The translations under genes and the position numbers were made by a program. A stretch of DNA of 64,000 nt from Eledone cirrhosa (taxonomy: Eukaryota). Of the stretch, positions 1 through 14,406 are shown in pieces. How positions within the stretch are numbered: position 1 is the stretch's first letter; every line of letters starts with the position of its first letter. A model generated the notes under the pieces. That model saw only the letters and a list, made by a program, of their open reading frames with translations. It was not told the DNA's origin and did no database searches. The stretch is from assembly GCA_964016885.1 (NCBI GenBank), contig OZ024740.1, positions 370,326,001 to 370,390,000 of the forward strand, in the 5' to 3' direction.

Positions 1-278
1 TTGAAAACATACCCCTTCTTGTGTTTTCTTCTCTCTATACTGTATTATTGAGAGCCTGGTAATTTATTGCTTGGGCTCATAAAATTATAGGGGATTAACG
101 CAAGTCTTTAACTCCGTTTTTCAATATATATATGTGTGTTTGTGTGTACGTGTGTGTGTGTGTGTGTGAGATAACGCATTTTGTAGTTGTTCTCCCCGGT
201 TATCATTTTTAACCTTGCTCTCTATATATGTGTGTATGTGTCTGTGTGTGTTAGTTTTTGTATATCATTTAGAAATGA

Positions 279-325
279 CCTCTAAACGTCTAGAACTGAT
301 TCGTTCGTTTAAATCATCAGGATTT
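279..325 (-). ncRNA. Decayed type I hammerhead ribozyme, same family as 13736-13788
   Basis: Minus strand reads aatc-CTGATGA-tttaaacgaac-GAAT-cagttctagacgtt-TA-gagg, alignable by eye to the 13736 motif. GAAA is mutated and the stems are degraded. Confidence 0.45.
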
Positions 326-939
326 TTATGATGATTTAGCACGAATGAAACACTTGTAGTCATGTAGATGTCATTGCAATATTTAAATATATAACTAGTT
401 CTACTAATGTATTGAGTATCTTTTTTTATTTCTAAGTATTGTCCGTTCACCTTCGGAAACCCACTCTGCATTATATATATATGTGTGTGTGTCTGTGTGT
501 GTGCGCGCGTGTGTGTGTGTGTGTTAGAGAGAGTGTGTGTGTGTGTCTGTCTGTGTGTCTGAGTATGTATACATGCGTGTATGCATGCATTGATGTATGT
601 ATGTAAGTATACATCTATACATCTATGTATACATCTATGTAAGTGTGTATGTATATAGCATTTTCTTTTTTTTCCTTCAAACATTAGTCATAGAATATGA
701 AATACAATAGACATTGCTAGTTAATAGAAAATAAAAGAATATCGTGTCTTCTTTAATCAAGGAAACACTCCCATTAGCCCGGCAAACGAAAACATTCGAA
801 AACAAGTCGATTACTGTTGATTAGAAAACATGAATAGATTTTATTCAATAAAACATCATTCAAATGAATATGCATAAAAAGATATAATGGACGTATATAA
901 ACACACTACTTTTTATACAATAAAAATTTAAACATTTAT

Positions 940-2282
940 TCATTGATGCGATGACAATAATAAATACCATTATCATATGAAGTGCTGGAATAATAAACAT
1001 TTCCAATAGCTCTTTTGTGTAGAATTAGAATTCAAACTTTTCAGATTAACTCAGCCTGCTTCTTTACGTCTAGCTTCTAAAGAAATCTGTTGTATTTCAA
1101 TAAATAATATTGGAAGAATTAACGAAATTACAATAATACTAATAGCAATTGCATTGATATATAATCATAAATACCCGAGTAAATACAGTGTTTAGATACT
1201 GATCAAAGCTGCAACTGCTCATATATTTTCATTGTCTAGGTTTACCTTGCTGTAATTCGTTACCTTATGTAATAGATTTTACTACTGTGAAGATCAAAAC
1301 TTAATTGATTAGGTTGGATTGTGCTATTGAGTTGACGTATGTAAATAGTTTTTAGGAAAATATTGCAATCATTATTCAAACAACACCATCGATATAAAGC
1401 TGCTACTGGCCATATGGACACAACTAACTATCGTATCTACATGGTAAACATATATCAAATTATCGTCCCAACAGCTTCCAATCGCCATTATCATCTTTTA
1501 AACACACATATCCTGCGTGCCTTCACAAGGCTCAAATAACTTCAATGGAAATACTTCCACCCATAGATATATAAAATTCACCATTACAATCTCCAATGAC
1601 TTTGATAATGAAAACTACACCTTTTTTTCTGTCAGATTCCAGAAAAAAAAAGAAATAATAACCATGTGAAATAATATCCTGAGAGAGCGATAAGTGATAG
1701 CTTACTCATGTACACATAAATGAAATATTGTACTCACCAGCGTATTCAGTTATTCTTTCCAACACATACAAAACCTTAAAATATAGAAACTGAGCCAATT
1801 TGTAATAAATCTCAAAGCAAAAAATCAATGATACGAAGACGCAGCAAACAGAAACAACTACGACTTTCAAAAGAATATTGTCCTCAAAATATGTTTTCCA
1901 ATACATAACATAAATCAAACACTAACAATCAATTATAACACTAGTGAAACACCTCAAACAAAGCATATGTATCGGTGTTAACATCTAAAACATCTATATA
2001 CACTTATCACTACCAGTGGTGTAAATAAAGTATTTCAGTGCTTCACATTTATCAAAATGAATATTACTCCCAGAACGTTTTAAAAAGAAAGAAAAACGGC
2101 TCCCAGTAAACTCTCTTAGCACACCAAGCCTTTAGTGGGTATGGTAAACATTTGCACCATAAGGATGCGTCATCCCATCCACATATACACACGACCTGTC
2201 CATTATCTTCGTAAACGAGCACCATAAGACAAGTTTCTTCCACCTGTTTGTAATATGAAAAAATTGTGCAGTATTCTGACAT
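940..2282 (-). pseudogene. Possible decayed gene for a Cys-rich membrane/secreted protein with a three-finger (Ly6/TGF-beta-receptor-ectodomain-like) Cys box
   Basis: Minus-strand fragments across stops and frameshifts: FEPCEGTQDMCV*KMIMAIGSCWDDN, then RWCCLNNDCN (CCLNNDCN at 1362-1385), then hydrophobic INAIAISIIVISLILPILFI followed by RRK. The region is microsatellite-free. Confidence 0.3.
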
Positions 2283-2499
2283 TTTTCAATTAAAAGACTG
2301 GAAAAGGAGCAGGGGAAGGGGGGATTGGGAAGAAGGGATGTGGAGGAAGGAAGGCGAGGCTGGAGAGGGAGAGATGCGGAGGAGAAAGGGATGAGGTTTT
2401 GATGATGAGAGTTGAATCGTTAAATTACTAGCCGTAAATTATCGTGTAAGTGGTTCAGTACTCCACATACACATGTCACCTCCAGCAGAATCCAAGTGG

Positions 2500-2700
2500 T
2501 ATTGCACCTGGCAAGGCTGAACCTTTGCATTACCGATAGAAGCCATATGATGCCCTTCCAAATAGTTTCTGTCCATGCAATTCCATGTACAAAGTTTGGA
2601 TCCACCCTAGGCTATGGTATGGACACTTGACCATGACACAACGCATTGGGATTGAACCTAAAACTCCATGATCGCAACGAGAACTTCTTACACAGTCATT
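2500..2700 (-). mobile_element. Degenerate tRNA-derived SINE (second family)
   Basis: gacacttgaccatgacacaacgcattgggattgaacc: reverse-complement B-box (GGTTCAATCCC) and a body resembling recalled octopus SINEs. Confidence 0.4.
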
Positions 2701-3701
2701 TGTGGCAGCATTAGAGATGTTTTAGATGACTATATTCGATGATGCAATGCGGCTTTGAACAGAGGATCGTAGGTGGAATGTGCAGAATGCTAGAGATGGG
2801 TGATGACTGGTGTCATTTTCATGGTAATGAGCGTTGTTAGAAGTGTAGCAATCTGCTCGTGTAGTTAAAGACGAAAGAATGAAGAAGACATAATTAAAAT
2901 TTTGGGCACACTGCATCCTGAAGAGCTGTAATTTAACAGGATGCTTCCAATTCAAGAAGTAAATTAGTGCAGCCCATAACCGAGCATCTTAGTTTGAAAT
3001 ATTCTATTCCAGACAGTAAATTACTTCAGTGATAGGAAGTACAACGACATAACGTAAATTTAGGGGCTTTGTTGTAGAGAAAAACCACTAAAGGTGGACT
3101 AGGCGAAATGTCTATAAATAATACCTGAAGTGATACCTGAGTCGCATCGTAGTGATCCCGTTGTCAGTTCGAAATTGTGTCTTATGAATACTTTGGTTTT
3201 GCCTTCGTTCGAACAGATATAGTAACAGGAGGAACACCCGATTATAACAGCTTTTGTAACCGCTTTTGATGGTCACTGTGGAGGTGAAACATTCAAGATG
3301 CTGGGGAAAGGAACATATTTCTATAATTGGTAGGTTTCAGGATAGATTGATGTAAGTTGTGAAAGACAAGGAGTTTTCAAGAATATGAGCTAACTGTACG
3401 ACTAAGTGGTTGAGGTCAATGGAAAGGACATTTTCAGGACTGTTACTGGTGTGACTGATATGATCAGAGATTTAAAAAGAAAACAGGGAGACAAATATAT
3501 ATTTCTTATACGTAATAAATTGTCTCCTTCCTGTTTTTTTTATCTTTGATCTTATCACAATTACATCAGTATCAGTCATATATATATATATTATATACAT
3601 ATACATATAGAGAGAGTAATCATAAATGTGGAGACTAAAATCCGAAGAGGGCTCGGAAAGGAGTATATATATATATATATATATATATATGAATGTATAT
3701 A

Positions 3702-4714
3702 TAGTGTGTTTTGCAATACACTGTATGCTTAATTAAAAGCATTTTGAAGACCTTACTTCATTTTTTGGGGGAGTCGTGACAGTCTCACTTACTTTATATT
3801 TTCAGCAACCGCTCTGTATAATCAGTTCCTGATTATTACTAGAATTCTATAAGAATCACCATTCATGATTTTCAGCAAAAAGGTGGAGTACATAGCTTTG
3901 GTAAGTACCAAATAGTACGAAACAGAGCTCTGTCAGCTTTATCTTCCTCTGTTTGCTGAAAATTTAAAGTAAGTGAGACTGTCACTACTCAAAAACAATA
4001 GCGTAAGGTCTTCAAAATGCTTTTAATTAAACATACAGTGTATTGCAAAATACACTATATATATATTGCTATTTTAGAGCACCAATTCTAATTTTCATTT
4101 TCTGCTTGACCAGCAACCGCTCTGTATAATCATTTCCTGATTATTACTAGAATTCTATAAGAATCAAACATTCATGATGTTCAGCAAAGAGGTGGAGTAC
4201 TTAGCTTTGGTAAATACCAAATAGTACGAAACAGAGCTCTGTCAGCTTTATCTCCCCTGTTTGCTGAAAATTTAAAGTAAGTGAGACTGTCACTACTCAA
4301 AAACAATAGCGTAAGGTCTTCAAAATGCTTTTAATTAAACATACAGTGTATTGCAAAATACACTATATATATATTGCTATTTTAGAGCACCAATTCTAAT
4401 TTTCATTTTCTGCTTGACCAGCAACCGCTCTGTATAATCATTTCCTGATTATTACTAGAATTCTATAAGAATCAAACATTCATGATGTTCAGCAAAGAGG
4501 TGGAGTACTTAGCTTTGGTAAATACCAAATAGTACGAAACAGAGCTCTGTCAGCTTTATCTCCCCTGTTTGCTGAAAATTTAAAGTAAGTGAGACTGTCA
4601 CTACTCTAAAACAATAGCGTAAGGTCTTCAAAATGCTTTTAATTGAAGCATACAGTGTATTGCAAAATACACTATATATATATTCATATATATATCGGTA
4701 TTTCAGAGCACCAA

Positions 4715-4720
<6 letters not shown>
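3702..4720 (+). mobile_element. Retrozyme/Penelope-pLTR-like tandem array: three 308-bp units plus a ~105-bp inverted 5' arm
   Basis: Units start cagcaaccgctctg at 3803, 4111 and 4419. Each has gtac-GAAA-cagagctctg-TC (hammerhead 3' half). 3702-3808 is the reverse complement of the unit 3' part. Flanked by (TA)n. Confidence 0.75.
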
Positions 4721-4756
<36 letters not shown>

Positions 4757-4819
4757 TATATAATATTATAATATTATATGATATATATATATATGACTGC
4801 AATATATATATATATATTA

Positions 4820-5074
4820 TTAGAAAGTGAGGGTTTTTTTACAAAATGAAAAATAACCGAGGTGTCCTACACGAGTGAAAGTATAAAGAAAAAAAGATAA
4901 AATTGAAAATGCAACTGGAGTCTTATTTTTAAAACAATATATATATTTTTATTTGGTTCCTTTACCGGTTTCGCAGTTCTTCTGCTTTTTAAAAGTAGAG
5001 TTGAGATGGAGGGTCTGTGGTTTTTCTCACATCTCGTTGGTCTCTCAATGTTACTTGTTTTATATGGAAAAAGT

Positions 5075-5078
<4 letters not shown>
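4820..5078 (-). mobile_element. Penelope-type pseudo-LTR fragment with decayed minimal hammerhead (4960-4995)
   Basis: Minus strand: ctt-TTAAAAA(core decayed from CTGAAGA)-gcag aagaa ctgc-GAAA-ccgg-TA-aag. Palindromic stem III ACCGGT, followed by AATAAA. Lies between (TA)n runs. Confidence 0.5.
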
Positions 5079-5140
<62 letters not shown>

Positions 5141-5442
5141 ATATGACTGGATGCTGAATCAAGATATGTTACTGTTGTCTGTATATCTAGCGAGTCAGGC
5201 CTGAACATTTCAAAATAATAGTTTGTCTTCGAAGTCTATACGAGGATATGTTTTTTCTAACTCAGAACCATGCTTTGATACAAGTATATTTGACGTATAT
5301 TCATGCAGGAGATCATAGTGTAATACACCATACTAAGTATTTGTGTTTCTGCAGTTCACACTAGCATATGATATGCATGTAAATAAGTGTATTTAGGAGT
5401 GTGAAAGCGGTGATTGAGTAGCTTTATATATATATGTGTGTC

Positions 5443-5458
<16 letters not shown>

Positions 5459-5475
<17 letters not shown>

Positions 5476-5476
5476 A

Positions 5477-5508
<32 letters not shown>

Positions 5509-5513
5509 TGTGA

Positions 5514-5610
<97 letters not shown>

Positions 5611-5617
5611 CGTGTGC

Positions 5618-5663
<46 letters not shown>
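5459..5663. repeat. (TG)n microsatellite
   Basis: Directly visible. Confidence 0.98.
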
Positions 5664-5667
<4 letters not shown>

Positions 5668-5779
5668 ACACCGGCATATCTACCTCGTAATCTGCCTTGC
5701 TCGCCTGCAATTTCGTGCACTGCACTTCCGATACCAATTTGCGCAACAGATTGGAGAACCGGTATATATATATTTATAT

Positions 5780-7045
5780 AATATAAGATCAAAAGATGGT
5801 TAAAGGAGTTCAATATATTTTATTATGCGCATTTCAAAAACAAACATCATTAAACAATAATATTTGTGTTTTCATCAGATAAAACAGGAGAACATGATAT
5901 GAAGGCTAAAAAAACACTTGTTGATAGTGCAGATTTAAATCAACATATGAAAAGTGGTTTTAGATTGATGTGTGATATTGGGAAAAATATTTTATTTAGA
6001 GAGGGGGGGAGAGAAAAGGATGAAAAGGGAAGGAGATGAGAGGGAGAGATGGGTGATAGAGAGAAAGAGATAGTTTTTATAACAGAGAGGAGATATATAT
6101 TATATAGAGGGGTTGAAAACCGTTGGAAGATACTGTATAAATTAAAAATTTTGAAAATTAACGAAGGGAGGATATGTGCGAGGAAAAAATATATTATATT
6201 TAGGGAGGGGTGGGGGTGGAAAGGATGAAAAAAAGGGGAGGAGATGAGAGTGAAGGTGGAAAGGGAGAGATGGGTGATAGAGAGAAAGAGATAGTTTTTA
6301 TAACTGAGAAAAAGATATAATGTTTTAATATAGAGAGGTTGGGAACCGTTGGAAGATAATGTATAAATTAAAGGAATTTGAAAATTAACGAAGGGAAATT
6401 ATGTATGGAGATAGAGAGAAAAAAAAAAAAAAAAATATAACGAAGGGAGATTATGTATGGAGATAGAGAGAAAAAAATAATAATTGTGGGTGAATATTCA
6501 AAAGGAGAAATGTAGGAATCTTAAAATTAGCAAAGAGAAAATGTTTATGTATAGGATTTGAGAAAAATTTATATTGAATTCATATGTATTAATAATGAGT
6601 TTGTTGATGGGGAGAAAAAAATAATAATAATAAATTAAGGATGAAATTGAGATTAAAAAGATTTATGATAGAGAGAAAAAATAATAATGATTGCGGATGA
6701 ATACTCAAAATGTCAAAAACAAATGTTATTGTTTTACGAAGAGATATAATGAGGGTGATGAGTAAACGGGTATTATAGAGTGTATAATGCCCTTTAAAGT
6801 AAGGTAGATGGGTATATTTTAAAGAATATATGAGTATATATTAAAAAAATATATATAATAATAAATTAAGGATGAAATTGAGATTAAAAAGATTTATGAT
6901 AGAGGGAAAAAAATAATAATGATTGCGGATGAATATTCAAAATGTCAAAAACAAATGTTATTGTTTTACGAGAAGATAGGATGAGGTAAATAGGATCCGA
7001 TATCTGCATTGCTTTATTGTACTACAATAAAACTCACCTCCTACA
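5780..7045 (-). mobile_element. Penelope-type long pseudo-LTR with internal duplications and a short inverted 3' tail (~6995-7026)
   Basis: 5780-5947 matches 51276-51443. atccgatatctgcattgctttattgtactaca at ~6995 is the reverse complement of 51208-51238. Internal repeats at ~6040/6260 and ~6620/6855. Contains a hammerhead. Confidence 0.65.
5818..5884 (-). ncRNA. Type I hammerhead ribozyme
   Basis: ttttat-CTGATGA-aaacacaaatattatt gttt aatgatgtttgttttt-GAAA-tgcgca-TA-ataaaa: 6-bp stem I, long stem II with GU pairs, palindromic stem III (ATGCGCAT), AUA cleavage triplet. Confidence 0.75.
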
Positions 7046-7178
<133 letters not shown>

Positions 7179-7523
7179 TACTAATCAATATTACTGCTCT
7201 GCCGAATAATCAAGAAAATATGGAATTCTGTAATGAAAATCTATCGATTTAGTGTTAATCCTCTGAAAAATACTCAAAATCCTCGGTATTTATTGTGTGT
7301 AGGAATAAATTGATTATCTTAATGAGTTCAGCAGGTATGAGGTAAATATGTTGGGTTTCTCTATTTCATAGATAACTATTACATAGTAATTACATATATT
7401 AGATAATTAGGCACACTTGTATCACTGCCAATATGATACACATAAAGCGTGTACGCGTATGTATGTGTGTAAGTGTATCTGTGTGTGCGTTTATATATAC
7501 ACGATCACACGCAGTCCTATTTA

Positions 7524-7766
<243 letters not shown>

Positions 7767-7896
7767 ATAATATATGTATATATGTATGTATATTTACAAA
7801 GTTCCTCATTATGTTACACTTTCTGATCTAAACGAAGAGGGAGAAATGTGCAAATGTTTATGTGCATTTATCTATCTATCTCTCTCTATATATATG

Positions 7897-7927
<31 letters not shown>

Positions 7928-8059
7928 GGGTGTGGGTGTGGGTGTGTATGTGTGGGTGTGTGTGTGTGTGTGCATGTATGTACATGTAGATACAAACTTT
8001 CACAATCTTAGATGTATATATACTTATACATATAATTATACGAAGGAGGCCTTAATTTA

Positions 8060-8135
<76 letters not shown>

Positions 8136-8438
8136 ATATGAGTGTATCGTATGGAAAACATCATTACTGTTGTGTGAAACTGTCCTAGAAATTAAAGAAT
8201 TCTCTAGTCAAGAAGTATTGATTTATTATTTATTCGATGAAGCATCCTTAGTATCAACGCATAGTTAATACACAGAATTAATTGATTGCTGCAACTTTCC
8301 CAAAGTTCAACAGGTATGTGCTGCGTTAAACATATTGAATTTATTTTCAAGATAATTTTATTTTGTTCTCAAATAAATCGGATAGGTTCACTGAATTATT
8401 TCTCTACAAATATGCAAATATCTGACATTATTAGTCAC

Positions 8439-9007
8439 TTGGCAGTATCGGCAGAGGGTCGGACGCCATGCTTTGACGCATAGAGTTACAGCCCTTGCCA
8501 TTCTGAGTTCAAATCCCGCCGAGGTTAACTTTGCCTTTCATCCATACAGGGTCGATAAAATAAAGTACCAGTAATGTACTGGTTAATTGCTGGCCTTCTG
8601 CCAAAAGTAGAAACAATTATTAGTCACTATAGGGCGGTGGATTGGTGTATCGGTATAGGGTTGGACGCCATGTTTTCTAGCATAGTTACGTCTCTTTACG
8701 GTCTGAGTTCAAATCCCGTCGAGGTTAACTTTGCCTTTCATCCTTACGTGGTCGATAAAATAAAGTAGCAGCTGGCATTGCGCCAGAAGTAGAAACAATT
8801 ATTAATCACTATAGGGTGGTGGGTTGGCAATATCGGTAGAGTGTCGGAAACCATGTATTGCAGCATAGAATGATGGCCCTTTACGTTCTGAGTTCAAATC
8901 TCGCATTGGTTAACTTTACCTTTCATCCTTACGGGGCCGATAAAATAAAGCACCAGTAATGCACTGAGTAATTGCTGGCCTTGTGCCAAACGTCGAAATA
9001 AGTATTA
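8439..9007 (+). mobile_element. Three head-to-tail tRNA-derived Meta-domain-type SINEs (8439-8622, 8632-8803, 8812-9007)
   Basis: Each has a tRNA-like head with B-box gagttcaaatc and the gcctttcatcc...gtcgataaaataaagtacc core resembling the MetaSINE domain. Confidence 0.88.
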
Positions 9008-9283
9008 ATCACTATAAAGAAAGTAGCTGAGATCCAAGAATGAATGTTTGGTAGTGAACTACCAATCCGCTGTCTCTGCTTATTTACATTACACTAACAA
9101 CACTATAAAAATTCCCACATGGCGTACTACAAGGATCTTTCTCTCTTTTTCTGTTTTACTTACTTGTATATATATATGTGTGTATCTATGTTGCTGTGTG
9201 TGTGTGTATGTGTGTATGTGTGTGCGCGTGTGTGTGAATATGTGGTGTGTGTATGTGTGTGAATGTAGGCATATATATATATA

Positions 9284-9318
<35 letters not shown>

Positions 9319-9339
9319 TTGTATATGTATAAACCATCA

Positions 9340-9700
9340 AAAGGAGAGGGAAATTCTACAATGTTTTTACAAGTGTAACGAAGTACTACTACTCCAACAC
9401 CTACAGAGAAGAAGCCAACTGCTGAACATATGCTTGGTAGAAAACCTTATGTCAAGTATGGAGAATGTTTCGGCCCCATAAATATATTTAAGTAACAAGT
9501 GCAAGAAGTTCATGAAGAATTCCATCCTGAAAAACAAGTATGGCTTCGTCGATTTAAAAAGCATCGTTGAGTGTGGTTGCTTGGAATAGTTAAAAAGCGA
9601 AGAGGAAACGTTATATAATTCAACTGGATAATCAAATGTGAATAATGACCTGAGAAAGAGAGAAATAATTCCAAATAATAGATATCGAAGAGGCGAATCT
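9340..9700 (+). mobile_element. Decayed Gypsy-type integrase C-terminal fragment
   Basis: Fragments TTPTPTEKKPTAEHMLGRK, EEFHPEKQVWLRRF and WLLGIVKKRRGNVI resemble the post-core region of Gypsy integrases. Confidence 0.5.
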
Positions 9701-9888
9701 CACCTGAAAATTCTGTTGGAAGAATCCAATCTACCTTCATCATCGAAACATACTAAAGCTCTCTAACTATCCCTTATCCGTAAGATTACACACACATGCA
9801 CTCATTCACGCACACACACTCACACACACACTCACACTCACACACACACACACTCACACACACACGCACTCACACACACACACACACA

Positions 9889-9956
<68 letters not shown>

Positions 9957-10225
9957 TATATGTATATAGATATGTGTGTGTCTGTGTGTGCGTGTGTGTA
10001 GGTAGATAAGGTTTTGTTTATGTATATCCGGAATAAATCTTTAAACAAGAAAGCTGCTTACCAGAGAGTTTGACTCGGCGGTATCTTTTGAATCGTATAA
10101 CATAAATATCCAAGCAGGTGATAATGGTGTATAGGTCCAGAAGAGATCACGGAGTATATTAATATAAACAAGTGTTGCACTAAGAAAAATAAAACGTCGG
10201 CGTGAAGAGATTATGGATTTATTTG

Positions 10226-10335
10226 CCTTGACATATGTTTCCTTGTGTATTATAAACTGTCTACATATGCTGACTGTAATATATATTGTTCAATCATATG
10301 CAATACTGAATTATTTATTACATTTCATCAGAAAG
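10226..10335 (-). ncRNA. Type I hammerhead ribozyme with ~80-nt stem II
   Basis: cttt-CTGATGA-[~83 nt incl. tgta/taca, ataaat/gtttat, tgcatatg/catatgta]-GAAA-catatg-TC-aagg, then AATAAA. Palindromic stem III ACATATGT, GUC site. Confidence 0.6.
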
Positions 10336-10795
10336 ACTATAGTAGTGAAATCCAACTATTCACTACGAGGAATAATTCAATAATGAGATTTTCGTTTAAG
10401 AAAATGTAAATAAGTTAAAAATAGTGTTAAATACAGTCACACTAACTGACTGTATTACATGCTACCCTCTGTTTATAAATCGGTTTTTCTAAGGAAAAAC
10501 TATCTCAAACTTAATTCCTTTCGCCCATAAACGTCAATACAAACTGTGATAAGTAAATAGTAAGTACATGTTATTTCTATTGTCATCCTACTAAAGGTTA
10601 CATATGTGTCTGTATGTGTGTACGTATATGCGTGTATATAATTCTATTTAGTCAAATACGGTGTAAGCATATGTTACTACTTAATTTTCAAATTCACAAG
10701 CAGTTTGTAAACAAAGCCTGCTTTGTGTCTCCCTATTTATATACATACCACCTGCTGTGGTTATATAGCTTCTAATTGAATAAAAGGCAGCATCG

Positions 10796-10868
10796 GTGAC
10801 GTGTTGGTGTAAACGTAACGCATTGGCCCGACGAACCAAAGATGTGGGTTCGTGTCCCATGTGCAACA
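10796..10868 (+). tRNA. 73-nt tRNA-like sequence (pseudo-tRNA/SINE head), apparent anticodon GAC
   Basis: D-arm, anticodon arm ttgg...ccgacga...ccaa and T-arm gtggg-ttcgtgt-cccat are visible. The acceptor stem is poorly paired. Confidence 0.5.
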
Positions 10869-11157
10869 ATAATCATCCTTTTATTCCATTCAGAGGGTGC
10901 ACATTCAGTGTGGGGTGTGTCTGTATGTATATATATATATAAAATATGGACTATAATTTTAACACCTTTTATTATCATGCCTATTAATATTGATAAGCAT
11001 ACACATTTCTAAATGATCCCATATATATATATGTATATGTGAAAATTTCACTAACAGCTCCAATGCATTCGCCTACAACCTAGTAGCATATTAATACTAC
11101 TGCCACTAAGAAGAAAAAAATTGGGTAAATTTTATCAAACTGTTCTTTATAAAGGAA

Positions 11158-13735
<2,578 letters not shown>

Positions 13736-13739
<4 letters not shown>

Positions 13740-13788
13740 TTCCTGATGATTTCTAAAGAATGAAACAGTTCTAGTCCTGTAGAATCTC
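13736..13788 (+). ncRNA. Stand-alone type I hammerhead ribozyme
   Basis: gagattc-CTGATGA-tttc taaa gaat-GAAA-cag ttctagtc ctg-TA-gaatctc: 7-bp perfect stem I, 3-bp stem II with a U-U closing mismatch, 4-bp stem III, GUA site. Confidence 0.8.
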
Positions 13789-13850
13789 ATCTATATATCT
13801 ATATATATATATATATATGCATATGTATGTATATACACATACACACATAC

Positions 13851-13888
<38 letters not shown>

Positions 13889-14169
13889 TCACATATATAT
13901 ATATATATACACACATATATATACACACACACATATATATATATACACACACACATACATATATACATTACTATATATGTGTGTGTTTATCTATCTATGT
14001 AATTTATCAGCAGACAGGAGGTGTGGCTGCGCCAGTGAGGTGGAAGAGAGGGAAAGAGAGTATATACATAACTATATATGTGTGTGTTTATCTATCTATG
14101 TATTTTATCAGCAGGCAGGGTGTGTGGCTGCGCCAGTGAGGTGGAAGAGAGGGAAAGAGAGTAAGTTAG

Positions 14170-14406
14170 AGTTGTCCGGATTTTTGCCTCTGGTGTTCCA
14201 ATTATCGATTTTTCGAAAATTTAATGTAGCGCACGTTTATCCCCGGATCAAAATACACACGTGCGTCGAGTTTTCGAAATTTTCAAGTAGCCTATTCCAC
14301 TCTATGCGTTGAGTTTTATATTTGTGAGGTTTCATGAAAATTGGATGAACGGTGTAGCATGCAAGTTGGGAACACCAAACAATGCCCATCTTCACTTTAT
14401 ATATAA
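14170..14406 (-). mobile_element. Second copy of the Helitron 5' terminal region
   Basis: Near-identical to 13095-13377 with an internal deletion. Ends cttcactttatatataa on the plus strand. Confidence 0.85.

Noticed and set aside
3702-4057. Tc1/mariner-like MITE with ~105-bp TIRs in TA
   Set aside because: There is one left arm but three right arms in 308-bp units, the junction is by microhomology, and a hammerhead half is present. This fits a pseudo-LTR/retrozyme array better, though a MITE is not fully excluded.
3803-4720. CRISPR-like array
   Set aside because: Whole units repeat with no unique spacers, the context is eukaryotic, and there are no cas genes.
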